In this document: positions 38,964 to 47,843 of the stretch, piece by piece
Layout: each line of letters starts with the position of its first letter
Position numbering within the stretch: position 1 is the first letter of the stretch
NCBI GenBank assembly: GCA_044376115.1
Contig: JBILLK010000008.1
Location: forward strand, 321,560 to 385,559
Length of the DNA: 64,000 nucleotides
DNA from: Polyangiaceae bacterium
GTDB taxonomy: Bacteria > Myxococcota_A > Polyangia > Polyangiales > Polyangiaceae
Direction: 5' to 3'
Translations under genes and position numbers: made by a program
The notes under the pieces: generated by a model
What the model was told of the DNA's origin: nothing
What the model saw: only the letters and a program-made list of their open reading frames with translations
Database searches by the model: none

Positions 38964-40112
38964 CTAACCGGCTTGCGCTTTTGCCGACTCTGCTGCTCGA
39001 GCCTGTCGCCGCGCGCGATGCGCAAGCCAGCTGGTGAGAAGCGGCCAAATCGTCGTCGTTGCTTTGCGCCCGACCAAGAGATCGATGTGTCCGTGAGCGA
39101 ACGCACGATACGTCTTGTCGGATGACCGACTCCGAAGAAAGGCCGGGTGCACCGAGGCGGGTGGAGCCAGGTCATCCTCGGTACCAGCGATCACCAAGAG
39201 CGGCACCTCGAGCGACTCGAACTCGTCTGCGTATTCACCGAGTTCCCCCATCGGATGGCCACCTCGCCGAGCCTCGACAGCCGACAAGAACATCGTGCGC
39301 AACACCGCAATGCTGCCCTGATCCATCGCCAACGACATGTGCTGACTCAAGATCCGAGGCTCCATCGTCCCGGGCGCGAAGCCGCGGATTGGCAGGGGAA
39401 AAATGGGACTCTCGATGAAGCCTCGCAAGAGACGCATGGCCTCCGACAGGGGCTTGAGTGGCAGCTGGCCTTCGCCCAAGTCGACCTTCGAGTCGACGGC
39501 CGCAAGCAAATGCGAGACGACGCTCAGCGTGAGTGAGCCACGTGTAAACTGGTATGGGCTGCCCAACGTCGCGACCCCGGCGATCTTCTCCTTGAGCGCT
39601 GCTGCGGCACCGTAGGCGACGAGTCCACCCAGCGAATGCCCGACTAAGAATACAGGCCTGCCACCCGACAGACGTTGAACCTCGTCAATGGCGGCTGGCA
39701 CATCTTCTTCGACGAAGGTGCGGACCTGGCGCGGTGGATGAGCTCCCAGATGACGAGATCGTCCGTGCCCACGGAGCTCGAGATTGAAGACGTCAAAACC
39801 AGCTCGCACGAGGTGGTTGAACAGGCTGCGCCCAGGCAGATGCCAGGCGTATCGGTTTTGGCCGTAGCCGTGGATCAGCACGACCGGCGCGATCGTCTCG
39901 TTCTCGCGTCCGTAGAGGCGCTTGCGAATCATCGCTAACGGAATGCCTTGCTCATCGCCCGGGGGGAGCCAGGAGGGCGTCCTGCGGGTGTCGTCGACCT
40001 CCGCCACCGTGGGCCTGCCGTTGCCCACTCGAACCACCACGAGTTCCTTCGTGAAAAACTCACGAACGGTCCCATCAACGGTTTGTTCGACTTTCTTGGA
40101 GTGGATGATCAT
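38964..40112 (-). CDS. alpha/beta hydrolase (serine; PhaC-like fold)
   Basis: LIHGYGQN; ELRGHG; GHSLGG; GTEDDLA; HGHIDLL (Ser-Asp-His triad). Confidence 0.85.
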   Translation of the reverse strand: MIIHSKKVEQTVDGTVREFFTKELVVVRVGNGRPTVAEVDDTRRTPSWLPPGDEQGIPLAMIRKRLYGRENETIAPVVLIHGYGQNRYAWHLPGRSLFNHLVRAGFDVFNLELRGHGRSRHLGAHPPRQVRTFVEEDVPAAIDEVQRLSGGRPVFLVGHSLGGLVAYGAAAALKEKIAGVATLGSPYQFTRGSLTLSVVSHLLAAVDSKVDLGEGQLPLKPLSEAMRLLRGFIESPIFPLPIRGFAPGTMEPRILSQHMSLAMDQGSIAVLRTMFLSAVEARRGGHPMGELGEYADEFESLEVPLLVIAGTEDDLAPPASVHPAFLRSRSSDKTYRAFAHGHIDLLVGRKATTTIWPLLTSWLAHRARRQARAAESAKAQAG

Positions 40113-40240
40113 GCAGTTCTCATCCCCCCAGGGTGATTCTACCGGTGCTGAGTCTAGCCTGTTGAGACAATCTTCGGAACCCGTGACAGTCTGTGCCACG
40201 ACGCTTCTCAAGCAGGGCGCGACTGGGTTAGCTTGACCCA

Positions 40241-41269
40241 ATGTCTTGGAGAAGCTTTGGAATCGTCGGGGCGACAGTTGCTTTTGTAAGCCAAACGGCT
40301 TTCGCACAGGCACCGCCCCCTCCGCCGCCGCCCCCTCCGCTGCCCACGACAGAGCCGCCGAAAGAGGCGCCGAAAGAGGCCCCCAAAGAGACGCCGAAAG
40401 AGGCCCCCAAAGAGACGCCGAAAGAGGCCCCCAAAGAGCGGCCCGCGGACTGGGTGGACGCGAAGCCCGGCGAGGACAAGCCGGCAAAGCCGGACGAGAA
40501 GGACCCGAACAAGCCGCAGACTCCCGAAGACCAGTTCGGCACTGAGGACGACGGCAAACCCGCTGAAAAGAAGGCGACGTCGCGATACTTCCTCGGCGCG
40601 CGATTTCGCGACTTTGTCGCGCCCAACTTCATCTTCGGCCTGTTTGCCGACGGTGGCCCGGACGTCGTGAACGTGTTCTCTGGTGGCCCTGAGTTCATGC
40701 TCAACACAGGAGCTCTCGAGGTCATTTTTTCGGTGACGGTTCCCTACGCCGACTACTCGATGGACGAGTTTTTGTTCAAAGCCAAGAGCGACCCTGAGCG
40801 CGCCTTCGAGTTTGCCTCGAGCTCACTCAAGCTGATCACTGCTTCCGTCGACTTGCTGGGCCGAATTCCGATCGACGACAAGGGCACCGTCGCCTTCCTC
40901 ATCGGCGGTGGAGTGGGCATCTCGGGCGTGCTCGGCGACATCTATCGAAACCAGGCCTACCCCGTGAACCCCGATGATGCGGATCCGAGTGACGTCACCA
41001 AGTGGCGCAAATGCAAAGCGCCCGGCGACGGCAATCAGGCTCCCGATGGTGGCGACTATTGCGGCACCGACAACGATCACTATGGGGAGTACAGCGAACC
41101 GAGCTGGTCGGACGGAGGCTCCAAGCCGATCGTCTTCCCTTACATCGCACTGCCGCATTTGGCGCTCGAGGTAACCCCGGTCGAAGAGTTCATGGTGCGG
41201 CTCGACACGGGCTTTTCGATCACTGGGTTCTTCTTCGGATTGGGCGGCGGCGGCCGACTCCCGATCTGA
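40241..41269 (+). CDS. secreted protein with Pro-rich linker and probable outer-membrane beta-barrel
   Basis: Signal peptide AFAQ; poly-Pro and KEAP/KETP repeats; alternating aromatic strands (FLIGGGVGI, GFFFGLGGG). Confidence 0.65.
   Translation: MSWRSFGIVGATVAFVSQTAFAQAPPPPPPPPPLPTTEPPKEAPKEAPKETPKEAPKETPKEAPKERPADWVDAKPGEDKPAKPDEKDPNKPQTPEDQFGTEDDGKPAEKKATSRYFLGARFRDFVAPNFIFGLFADGGPDVVNVFSGGPEFMLNTGALEVIFSVTVPYADYSMDEFLFKAKSDPERAFEFASSSLKLITASVDLLGRIPIDDKGTVAFLIGGGVGISGVLGDIYRNQAYPVNPDDADPSDVTKWRKCKAPGDGNQAPDGGDYCGTDNDHYGEYSEPSWSDGGSKPIVFPYIALPHLALEVTPVEEFMVRLDTGFSITGFFFGLGGGGRLPI
40358..40438 (+). repeat. coding tandem repeat, 12/24-bp period (KEAP/KETP)
   Basis: AAAGAGGCCCCCAAAGAGACGCCG repeated. 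Confidence 0.8.
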
Positions 41270-41291
41270 CGCACTGCCTTCGATAACCTCA

Positions 41292-44200
41292 ATGACTCCC
41301 GACCTACCGGCTCGCTACGAAGCGCTGCACCCCTTGGGGAAAGGCGGTGGTGGCGAGGTTTGGGCCGTTCGCGATCGCATCACCGGCGCGAAGGTCGCTT
41401 GGAAAACGCTGAGTGAGCAGGCCTCGCAAGAGGAGACACAAGCCCTCGTACGTGAAGCGACCGCGCTCGGTGGTCTCGATGGCTTGGGCAGTCCCAAGAT
41501 TCTCGCGTTCGGGCGCAACCCGACCACGAATCGAGCGTTTCTGGTGCGCGAGTTGGCGCCGGGGATCAGCCTTTCGGAGCTGCTACGGGCGCAAGAGCGC
41601 TCGGGGCAGCTGCTCGCGGCGCTGCTTCATGCCGCCGAGAAGCTGACCATCTTGCATCGCGCGCAGCTGCTTCACGGTGACGTCAAGCCTGCGAATATCA
41701 TCGTTTCGGATGAAGGGTTGGCAACCTGGGTCGACCTCGGTTTGGTTACGCCGCTGCGAGAGGGCGGCGTTCGGCCTGTGGGGCTCACTGTGCTCTACGC
41801 AGCGCCAGAGCTCCTGGAGGGAAGCCCCCTCACCGTACGCGCTGAGATCTTCGCGCTTGGAGCCACGCTGCGGGACGTTCTGCTCGCTTGCGGACGCGAC
41901 CTCGAGAGGCCCACACGCGAGGCCATTCAATCCATTGTCGATCGAGCGACGGAAACACGGCCAGAAAAGCGATATCCAAGCGTCGACGAATTTGCGGAGG
42001 ACTTGCGCGCACGGGTCGAGAACGCGTTTCCTAAGGCTGACGCAACCGGCGCCTGGCCCATCCTTGGTATCGATGACGCTGCACGCGAGTTGCTTCAGAA
42101 AACGCTGGGACTACCGAAGTCAGGAGCGCTAGCCATCACGAGCTCTGCGAGCAGCGGTCGGTCGACGCTGCTCAGCCGGCTGGCCTGGACGCTATCCGTG
42201 GCAGGAAGGTCGATCGCTTTCGTCCAACCCCAAAGTGGTACCGAGTCGCCCGAGCTTGCAGTCGAGCTCGAACTCCACGGCAAGGATCCGGCCGATTGCA
42301 TCATCCTCGTCGATGACGCGAACAGCCTGAAGGACGAGGCTTGGCCGCTCCTCTCCTCCTTCCGCGAGCGAGGAAGTCGCATCGTCTTTGTCTCGGATGC
42401 GAGCGTTCCGCTGACCGGAGCAACGTGCGAAGTATTCGCGGTCCCACCGCTCGCTGACGAGGTGGCACGAGAACTGGTTTTGCGCACGATTCCCTCGTTG
42501 GGAACGGCAGTCGTCTCGCACGTCGTCTCGCTGGCGAAAGGCTCGCCCGGTGCGTTGCGGCAGATCGTCGAGCGGCTTCGAAGTCAGCCGGTGGTCGATC
42601 AAAAGGACGTCGACCGATTGCTCGGCTCAGCTGCACCGGACGAGGGCCCGCCCAGCGTGGCAACGATACGCCGCCATCTGGAGCGCGGTCACTTCGACCG
42701 GGCATCCGAAGCTCTCGCGCAAGTGGACGAAGTCGATGACCCAGAGCTTACGATTCTGCGCGCGCGACTGCTGCTCAACCGCGGCGATTGGAAGAGTGCC
42801 TTGGAAGCGCTGGAGACGGTGGAGACGCTACCCGCGCTGACCTCCGACTCCGATCTCACCGCTGAGTTCGCGGTGGAACGCGCGCGAGCATTCCTGCGGG
42901 GCGGCAACTACACCTCGAGCGAAGAGGCCGCAGTTTGGGGGCTTACGCGGCTCGAAGAAGCGTCTGCAACCGAGTCGGTGAGACGCAAACATGCAGCCGT
43001 GGAGCTCTTGGCTACGGTTGGGCTGTGCAAGAGTTTCTTGGGCATGCACACGGTGGCGCGCGAGTGGCTCGACCGCGCCGTGAATCAGGCAACGGTGCTA
43101 GCCGACGCGAGGAGCCTCTCGATCGCGAAGGGTTCGCTTGCGTTCGCTTTGCAACGCGCCGGAGAGCTCGAGCAGGCCGGCAAGGCCTACGCAGAGGCTT
43201 TGCACGAGGCCGAACAAGCTGGAGATGCTGGAGCCGTGGCGACCACCCGGCTCAACCTTGCTGGCGTCGCCAAGGCTGTGGGGGACATCGCAGAAGCGCT
43301 GGTGCACCTCGAGGCTGCGGTGGACATGGGCAAGAAGAGCGGGCGTCGAGCGACGCTACGCCAGGCCCTGCTCAACCTCGCGAACCTCGATCTGTATCTC
43401 GGCCGGCTTGCTCGAGCGAAAGCTTCGATCGATGAGCTCGAGACCGAGCGCGCTGAACTACCTCCGCACTTCGCGGCTCAGCTCGACGCGCTCTCCGCCG
43501 AGCACGCAAGCAAATCGGGCGACTTCACCAAAGCGCTCGCTCACTGCGACGCTTGTAGCTCTGCCTACTTGGCCATCGGGAGACCTGTTGATGCCGCGGA
43601 GGCCTTGCTCGAGAGCTGCTTTGTACTGCTGGCCGCGCCAAACGTTGCGGAGAGCGACCATCGTCAATTGTCGATGGGTCGAAGGCTAAAGGAGGCGGAG
43701 GCGCTACTCGCGGGCTCGCAAGCACACCGAGCAGCGCTCGAGTTAGCCAAGGCCCAAAGTGCGTATGAAGCCAACGCGCGCGATGCGAGTGCGCTCTTCG
43801 ACCGCGCCCTGGAGACAGCGGAGAGTTCCGGCAAGAAGGACTGGGTCGCCCGTGTGCTGATGGCGCGCGCCGCCATGCGGAATGACGAAGGTCAGCGACT
43901 TCTTGCTCGGAAAGATCGGGAATCAGCGCTCCTAGTACTTGAGCAAATTGCGGCAAAGCTTCCGCGAGATCTGCGCGAGGTCTTCTGGAATGAGCCCAGC
44001 CGACGAAGCCTTCGCGAGGCTGATGCTCAGTCTCAGCTCAGCGTGCACCTACAAGCCGACCCGAGGGATCGCACGGTCTCGAAAGCTCCGGTTCGAGAGG
44101 ACCGCCTCACCCGCATCCTCGACATCAATCGTGAGATCGCCGGGGTCTATGACCTGCGCCAGCTCCTCGACCGCGTGACCGACCACGCCATTCAATTGCT

Positions 44201-45716
44201 CTCGGCCGAACGCGGCTTTGTGATCCTGCGCAGCTCAAAAGAGGGTTCGAGACCTCTCGATTTTTCGATCCACTCGTCGCGTGACCAATCGGGCGAGGAC
44301 GTACACGCGCGCTTTTCGCAATCCATCGCCGAACGAGTGATCAGCACCGGAGAGCCCTTCGTTACTACCAGCGCACGCGACGATACGCGCATGGCCGACT
44401 ACGTCTCGGTGCACCAGCTGATGTTGCAATCGATCGCCTGCGTGCCGATTCGCGCACGCGCCTCCGGTACGCTCGGCGCGCTTTACGTCGAGACGCGCCT
44501 CAAACCAGCAGCGCGTTTCTCAGAAGAGCTGACCGTATTGATCGCCCTGGCCGATCAGGTGGCGATCGCGATCGAGACGGCACGCTTGGTCTCCGAGAAC
44601 GAGAAGCGTGCCCGCGAGCTCGAGACAACCAACCAGGAACTGACAGAGGCCAGAGTCAAACTCGAGGAGCTGCTCGGCCACCGTACGGCACAGCTGCAGG
44701 CGACTCGGCGCGACCTGAAATCGGCGCGCGCGGTGCTCAAGAGCCACTTCGGCTACGAGGGGCTGGTCGGAACCAGCGAAGCCCAGCGCAAGCTGTATGC
44801 GTTGATCGACCGCATCAAAGATACCGACGTACCTGTGCTGATCACCGGCGAGAGCGGCACTGGCAAGGAGGTCGTAGCGCGCGCGATTCACAACGCCTCG
44901 CCGCGTGCACGCCAACCGTTTCTCGGGCTCAACTGCGGAGCCATCCCCGAGCACCTGCTCGAGTCGGAGCTCTTCGGCCACACGCGCGGGGCCTTTACCG
45001 GCGCAGATCGTGACCGCAAGGGGCTCTTTCGCGAGGCCACCGAGGGGACCCTCTTGCTCGACGAGATCGGCGAGATGCCCCAGAAGATGCAGGCTGGTCT
45101 TTTGCGGGTGTTGCAAGAGAAGGTTGTTCGGCCCGTGGGCGGTGCACGAGAGGAGCCGGTCAACACCCGCGTGATCGCCGCGACCCATCGCGACCTGGAT
45201 TCGATGGTCGAGAAGGGCGTGTTCCGCGAGGACCTGTTCTATCGGCTCAACGTGATTCAAGTACGCGTGCCGCCGCTGCGCGAGCGCAGCGACGACATTC
45301 CCATGTTGATCGATCACTTCCTCGGCATCTTCGCCGCCCGCTACAACCGCGAGCGTCGCAGTGTCTCGCGACCAGCGCTGAAGATGCTGATGACCCACCG
45401 CTGGCCCGGTAACGTGCGCCAGCTAGAGAACGCTTTGCTGAATGCCTGGGTTCTTTCGGAAGGTCCCGAGCTCATGCCCGAGGACTTTGAGATCACCGAC
45501 GCAGGGGCCGGCCCAACTCGGGGACCGCTCTCGTCCGTGATCGCAGCGGAGGCCGCAGGGACGGTGACGTCGCTCGACGTTCATCGAGCGAGCGAACGAG
45601 ACCGCATCGTGCAAGCCCTCTCCTCATGCAACTGGAATCGAGTGCGGGCCGCGGAGCTCATTGGCATGCCGCGCAGGACCTTCTATCGCAGGCTGAAGGA
45701 CTACGGCATCCAGTGA
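41292..45716 (+). CDS. Ser/Thr kinase - degenerate P-loop - TPR - GAF - sigma54 AAA+ - Fis HTH enhancer-binding protein
   Basis: GKGGGGEVW; HGDVKPANI; DLG; YAAPE; GAF (SIACVPI..LGALYV); GESGTGKE; GAFTGA; LLDEIGEM; WPGNVRQLEN; NRVRAAELIG. Confidence 0.92.
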   Translation: MTPDLPARYEALHPLGKGGGGEVWAVRDRITGAKVAWKTLSEQASQEETQALVREATALGGLDGLGSPKILAFGRNPTTNRAFLVRELAPGISLSELLRAQERSGQLLAALLHAAEKLTILHRAQLLHGDVKPANIIVSDEGLATWVDLGLVTPLREGGVRPVGLTVLYAAPELLEGSPLTVRAEIFALGATLRDVLLACGRDLERPTREAIQSIVDRATETRPEKRYPSVDEFAEDLRARVENAFPKADATGAWPILGIDDAARELLQKTLGLPKSGALAITSSASSGRSTLLSRLAWTLSVAGRSIAFVQPQSGTESPELAVELELHGKDPADCIILVDDANSLKDEAWPLLSSFRERGSRIVFVSDASVPLTGATCEVFAVPPLADEVARELVLRTIPSLGTAVVSHVVSLAKGSPGALRQIVERLRSQPVVDQKDVDRLLGSAAPDEGPPSVATIRRHLERGHFDRASEALAQVDEVDDPELTILRARLLLNRGDWKSALEALETVETLPALTSDSDLTAEFAVERARAFLRGGNYTSSEEAAVWGLTRLEEASATESVRRKHAAVELLATVGLCKSFLGMHTVAREWLDRAVNQATVLADARSLSIAKGSLAFALQRAGELEQAGKAYAEALHEAEQAGDAGAVATTRLNLAGVAKAVGDIAEALVHLEAAVDMGKKSGRRATLRQALLNLANLDLYLGRLARAKASIDELETERAELPPHFAAQLDALSAEHASKSGDFTKALAHCDACSSAYLAIGRPVDAAEALLESCFVLLAAPNVAESDHRQLSMGRRLKEAEALLAGSQAHRAALELAKAQSAYEANARDASALFDRALETAESSGKKDWVARVLMARAAMRNDEGQRLLARKDRESALLVLEQIAAKLPRDLREVFWNEPSRRSLREADAQSQLSVHLQADPRDRTVSKAPVREDRLTRILDINREIAGVYDLRQLLDRVTDHAIQLLSAERGFVILRSSKEGSRPLDFSIHSSRDQSGEDVHARFSQSIAERVISTGEPFVTTSARDDTRMADYVSVHQLMLQSIACVPIRARASGTLGALYVETRLKPAARFSEELTVLIALADQVAIAIETARLVSENEKRARELETTNQELTEARVKLEELLGHRTAQLQATRRDLKSARAVLKSHFGYEGLVGTSEAQRKLYALIDRIKDTDVPVLITGESGTGKEVVARAIHNASPRARQPFLGLNCGAIPEHLLESELFGHTRGAFTGADRDRKGLFREATEGTLLLDEIGEMPQKMQAGLLRVLQEKVVRPVGGAREEPVNTRVIAATHRDLDSMVEKGVFREDLFYRLNVIQVRVPPLRERSDDIPMLIDHFLGIFAARYNRERRSVSRPALKMLMTHRWPGNVRQLENALLNAWVLSEGPELMPEDFEITDAGAGPTRGPLSSVIAAEAAGTVTSLDVHRASERDRIVQALSSCNWNRVRAAELIGMPRRTFYRRLKDYGIQ

Positions 45717-46138
45717 AGTCGCTGCTCGCGGTACGGATTGACGGCAAAGAGCTTTCGCCCGAGGAAGCCCGCGCGCTATGGCAGGAGTTTTCAGCGCACC
45801 TCGACGAGCACACGCTCGACTTTGCTGGCTTCGCCAAGAAGAAAGGCTGGACCTCGATCAAACCCGAGCATCGCGATGGCCGCGCGCTGTTAGTTGTCGA
45901 CTCGGGCCAATCGCCGAAGCCGCAGCCGCAATCGCGACAGCCGCAAAAGCCGCTGCCACCCAAGCCGACGCAAAAGCCACAGCCGCAAAAGCCGCAACCG
46001 CAAAAGTCTCAAAAGCCACGCCCGGACCAGCGAGTCGCAGCGAGCAAGCCCAAACCCAAGGCGCCCCAGCCCGCACCGAGGCGCCCAGAAACCAACAGCC
46101 CCGGACCCAAGGGCCCGCGGCCCAAGAAGCCAGCGTGA
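45713..46138 (+). CDS. hypothetical protein with Pro/Gln/Lys-rich tail
   Basis: GTGA overlap with the upstream stop; EARALWQEFSAH...FAGFAK domain followed by PQKPQ repeats. Confidence 0.6.
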   Translation: MKSLLAVRIDGKELSPEEARALWQEFSAHLDEHTLDFAGFAKKKGWTSIKPEHRDGRALLVVDSGQSPKPQPQSRQPQKPLPPKPTQKPQPQKPQPQKSQKPRPDQRVAASKPKPKAPQPAPRRPETNSPGPKGPRPKKPA

Positions 46139-46148
46139 AGCTGCGTCG

Positions 46149-47165
46149 TTAGCGCAGGGCGAAGTGGAGCCCGGCCACCACCAGCGCAAGCGGCGCCAAG
46201 TAAATCGCGCTCCAAAGGGCACCCCAAGCGCCTGCCTTGAGCAGCTCTCCCTCGCAACCGTGACGATCATGAGCAACCTGCGTCAAGGCGCGGGTGATGG
46301 TTGCGTAGCCCACGAACAGCACAATCGGCAGCGCCAATTCAGCAACCACCCAAGCACCACCAAGGAGCACACCAACCGCAACCACCGCAACCACGACGAC
46401 CAACACGCCCTCTCCGTCCAAGCCAGAACCGCAACCATCACAGCCAGAGAGGGACTCAACGCCTCGACGTGCACCGCTGCTGCTGGTGCTACTTTTGCCG
46501 CCAAAGCGCTTCCACGGCTCGACGAACAGGTAGTCGTCCTTGAGCCGGTAACCGCGATACAACAGCACCGCGAGCACCGTCGCAAACACGGCCCACCACA
46601 CCCCGAGCACCACCTCAGCCTCTACCCAGGGCTGGAGGCTCATCAGCTTTGGAAACAGGATGGCTGCGGCGCCGAAGGGGATGGCCACCGCTAGGGCCGT
46701 TAGCTTTCCAGAGACTCGCGGCGCCAGCCGCACTGCGACGTTACGCGCCCGCTGCCGAAAAGGATGGGCCGCTGGGATCTCCTCAAACTTGGGTTCCGCC
46801 GCGCGATCGCGGCGTTCAACGTCAAGACTCTCGCCAATGAAATAGGCGACGGCCACTGCGACGAGCAGGACGCCTACGCCGAGCAGCGCAACGTGCGAGA
46901 ACTCGTGGAGCAGTTGACGTTGCCAAGCGAAGTAAAGGCCGCCGAGCCCGAGCCCGAGCACGGCGATAGGCATCGTGATTCGCCGCTCGCGACGCGTACC
47001 AGCCTCATAGGCACAACGGAGGCAAACAGGACGCCCGCTGGCGGCGAACTCGCAACATTGGTCGCAGAGTGCGCGACTGCACAACGCGCAACGCGCATAC
47101 AACGGGCTCGTTGGATGGTCTGCGCACACAGAGCGCCGATCAACCGCACCGCCCGCAAGCTTCAC
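46149..47165 (-). CDS. membrane protein with N-terminal B-box-like zinc finger
   Basis: CADH...CALC..LCDQC..CLRC; about 6-7 TM segments; internal GCDGC; GTGA overlap with the upstream gene. Confidence 0.7.
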   Translation of the reverse strand: MKLAGGAVDRRSVCADHPTSPLYARCALCSRALCDQCCEFAASGRPVCLRCAYEAGTRRERRITMPIAVLGLGLGGLYFAWQRQLLHEFSHVALLGVGVLLVAVAVAYFIGESLDVERRDRAAEPKFEEIPAAHPFRQRARNVAVRLAPRVSGKLTALAVAIPFGAAAILFPKLMSLQPWVEAEVVLGVWWAVFATVLAVLLYRGYRLKDDYLFVEPWKRFGGKSSTSSSGARRGVESLSGCDGCGSGLDGEGVLVVVVAVVAVGVLLGGAWVVAELALPIVLFVGYATITRALTQVAHDRHGCEGELLKAGAWGALWSAIYLAPLALVVAGLHFALR

Positions 47166-47842
47166 GTTTCTTTGGGATTTGGCGCTGTGTTTCTGCAGCG
47201 GCGGCCAGCGACGAGGAGGCCCACGAGCCCTGCCACAAGCCACGTGGACGTATCTCCGGTTACCGCGCGCACCGAACAGCCGGGAGCTTCGGTTTCGACG
47301 CCGCCAGGTTGTTCCCAGCCGTCCGGCGGCGTCGAGCAATCCGAGTAATCGAAGGTGCAATCCTCGAGGCAGGTGAGCGTACCAGCGCCTGCGTCGGCAT
47401 CGAGACAACGCGTCAAACCCATCAGCTCCGGGCTGTCACATTCTTCATACTTCTCCAGCTTGCCGTTGTTGCAAGCCGCTTCGCCCGCATTCGCAACACC
47501 GGGGTTGCTCGACGAACCAGCGCTCGGAGTGTCCCCTCGCGACCATACACAGTTGGGGTCTCCGAGTTCTTCACCGTTGCTACGACCATCTCCGTCCGAA
47601 TCGAGAGGACAGAGCGCAGGCCAGTCGACATGCGCACTTTGCAGCGGGGATGTGTCCTCGAGGTTGCTGCGCGCGTTCGAGCCAAAGTTGGTGAAGCCGC
47701 TACCCGAAGAGTCAGTGTGACAACTCAGGCAGTTGTACTTCGACCCGTTCGGAATATCGCCGACGCGAAAGCTGCGCGCGCTCGCAGACGATGGGAACAC
47801 GCAAACGACCAAAGCCCCCACAACGAACGCGCGCCACCTCAT
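47162..47842 (-). CDS. secreted Cys-rich MYXO-CTERM protein with temptin-like motif and CxxCH
   Basis: Signal peptide ending ASA; IPNG..CLSCH; LCPLDSDGDGRSNGEELGDPNCVW; C-terminal GCSV...WLVAGLVGLLVAGRR. Confidence 0.8.
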   Translation of the reverse strand: MRWRAFVVGALVVCVFPSSASARSFRVGDIPNGSKYNCLSCHTDSSGSGFTNFGSNARSNLEDTSPLQSAHVDWPALCPLDSDGDGRSNGEELGDPNCVWSRGDTPSAGSSSNPGVANAGEAACNNGKLEKYEECDSPELMGLTRCLDADAGAGTLTCLEDCTFDYSDCSTPPDGWEQPGGVETEAPGCSVRAVTGDTSTWLVAGLVGLLVAGRRCRNTAPNPKET

Positions 47843-47843
47843 C

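Noticed and set aside
38964..40112. PHA synthase phaC
   Set aside because: The nucleophile is Ser (GHSLGG), not the catalytic Cys
40113..40487. WGPLSASL repeats at the N-terminus of the hydrolase
   Set aside because: Antisense reading of the KEAP/KETP repeats of the plus-strand gene
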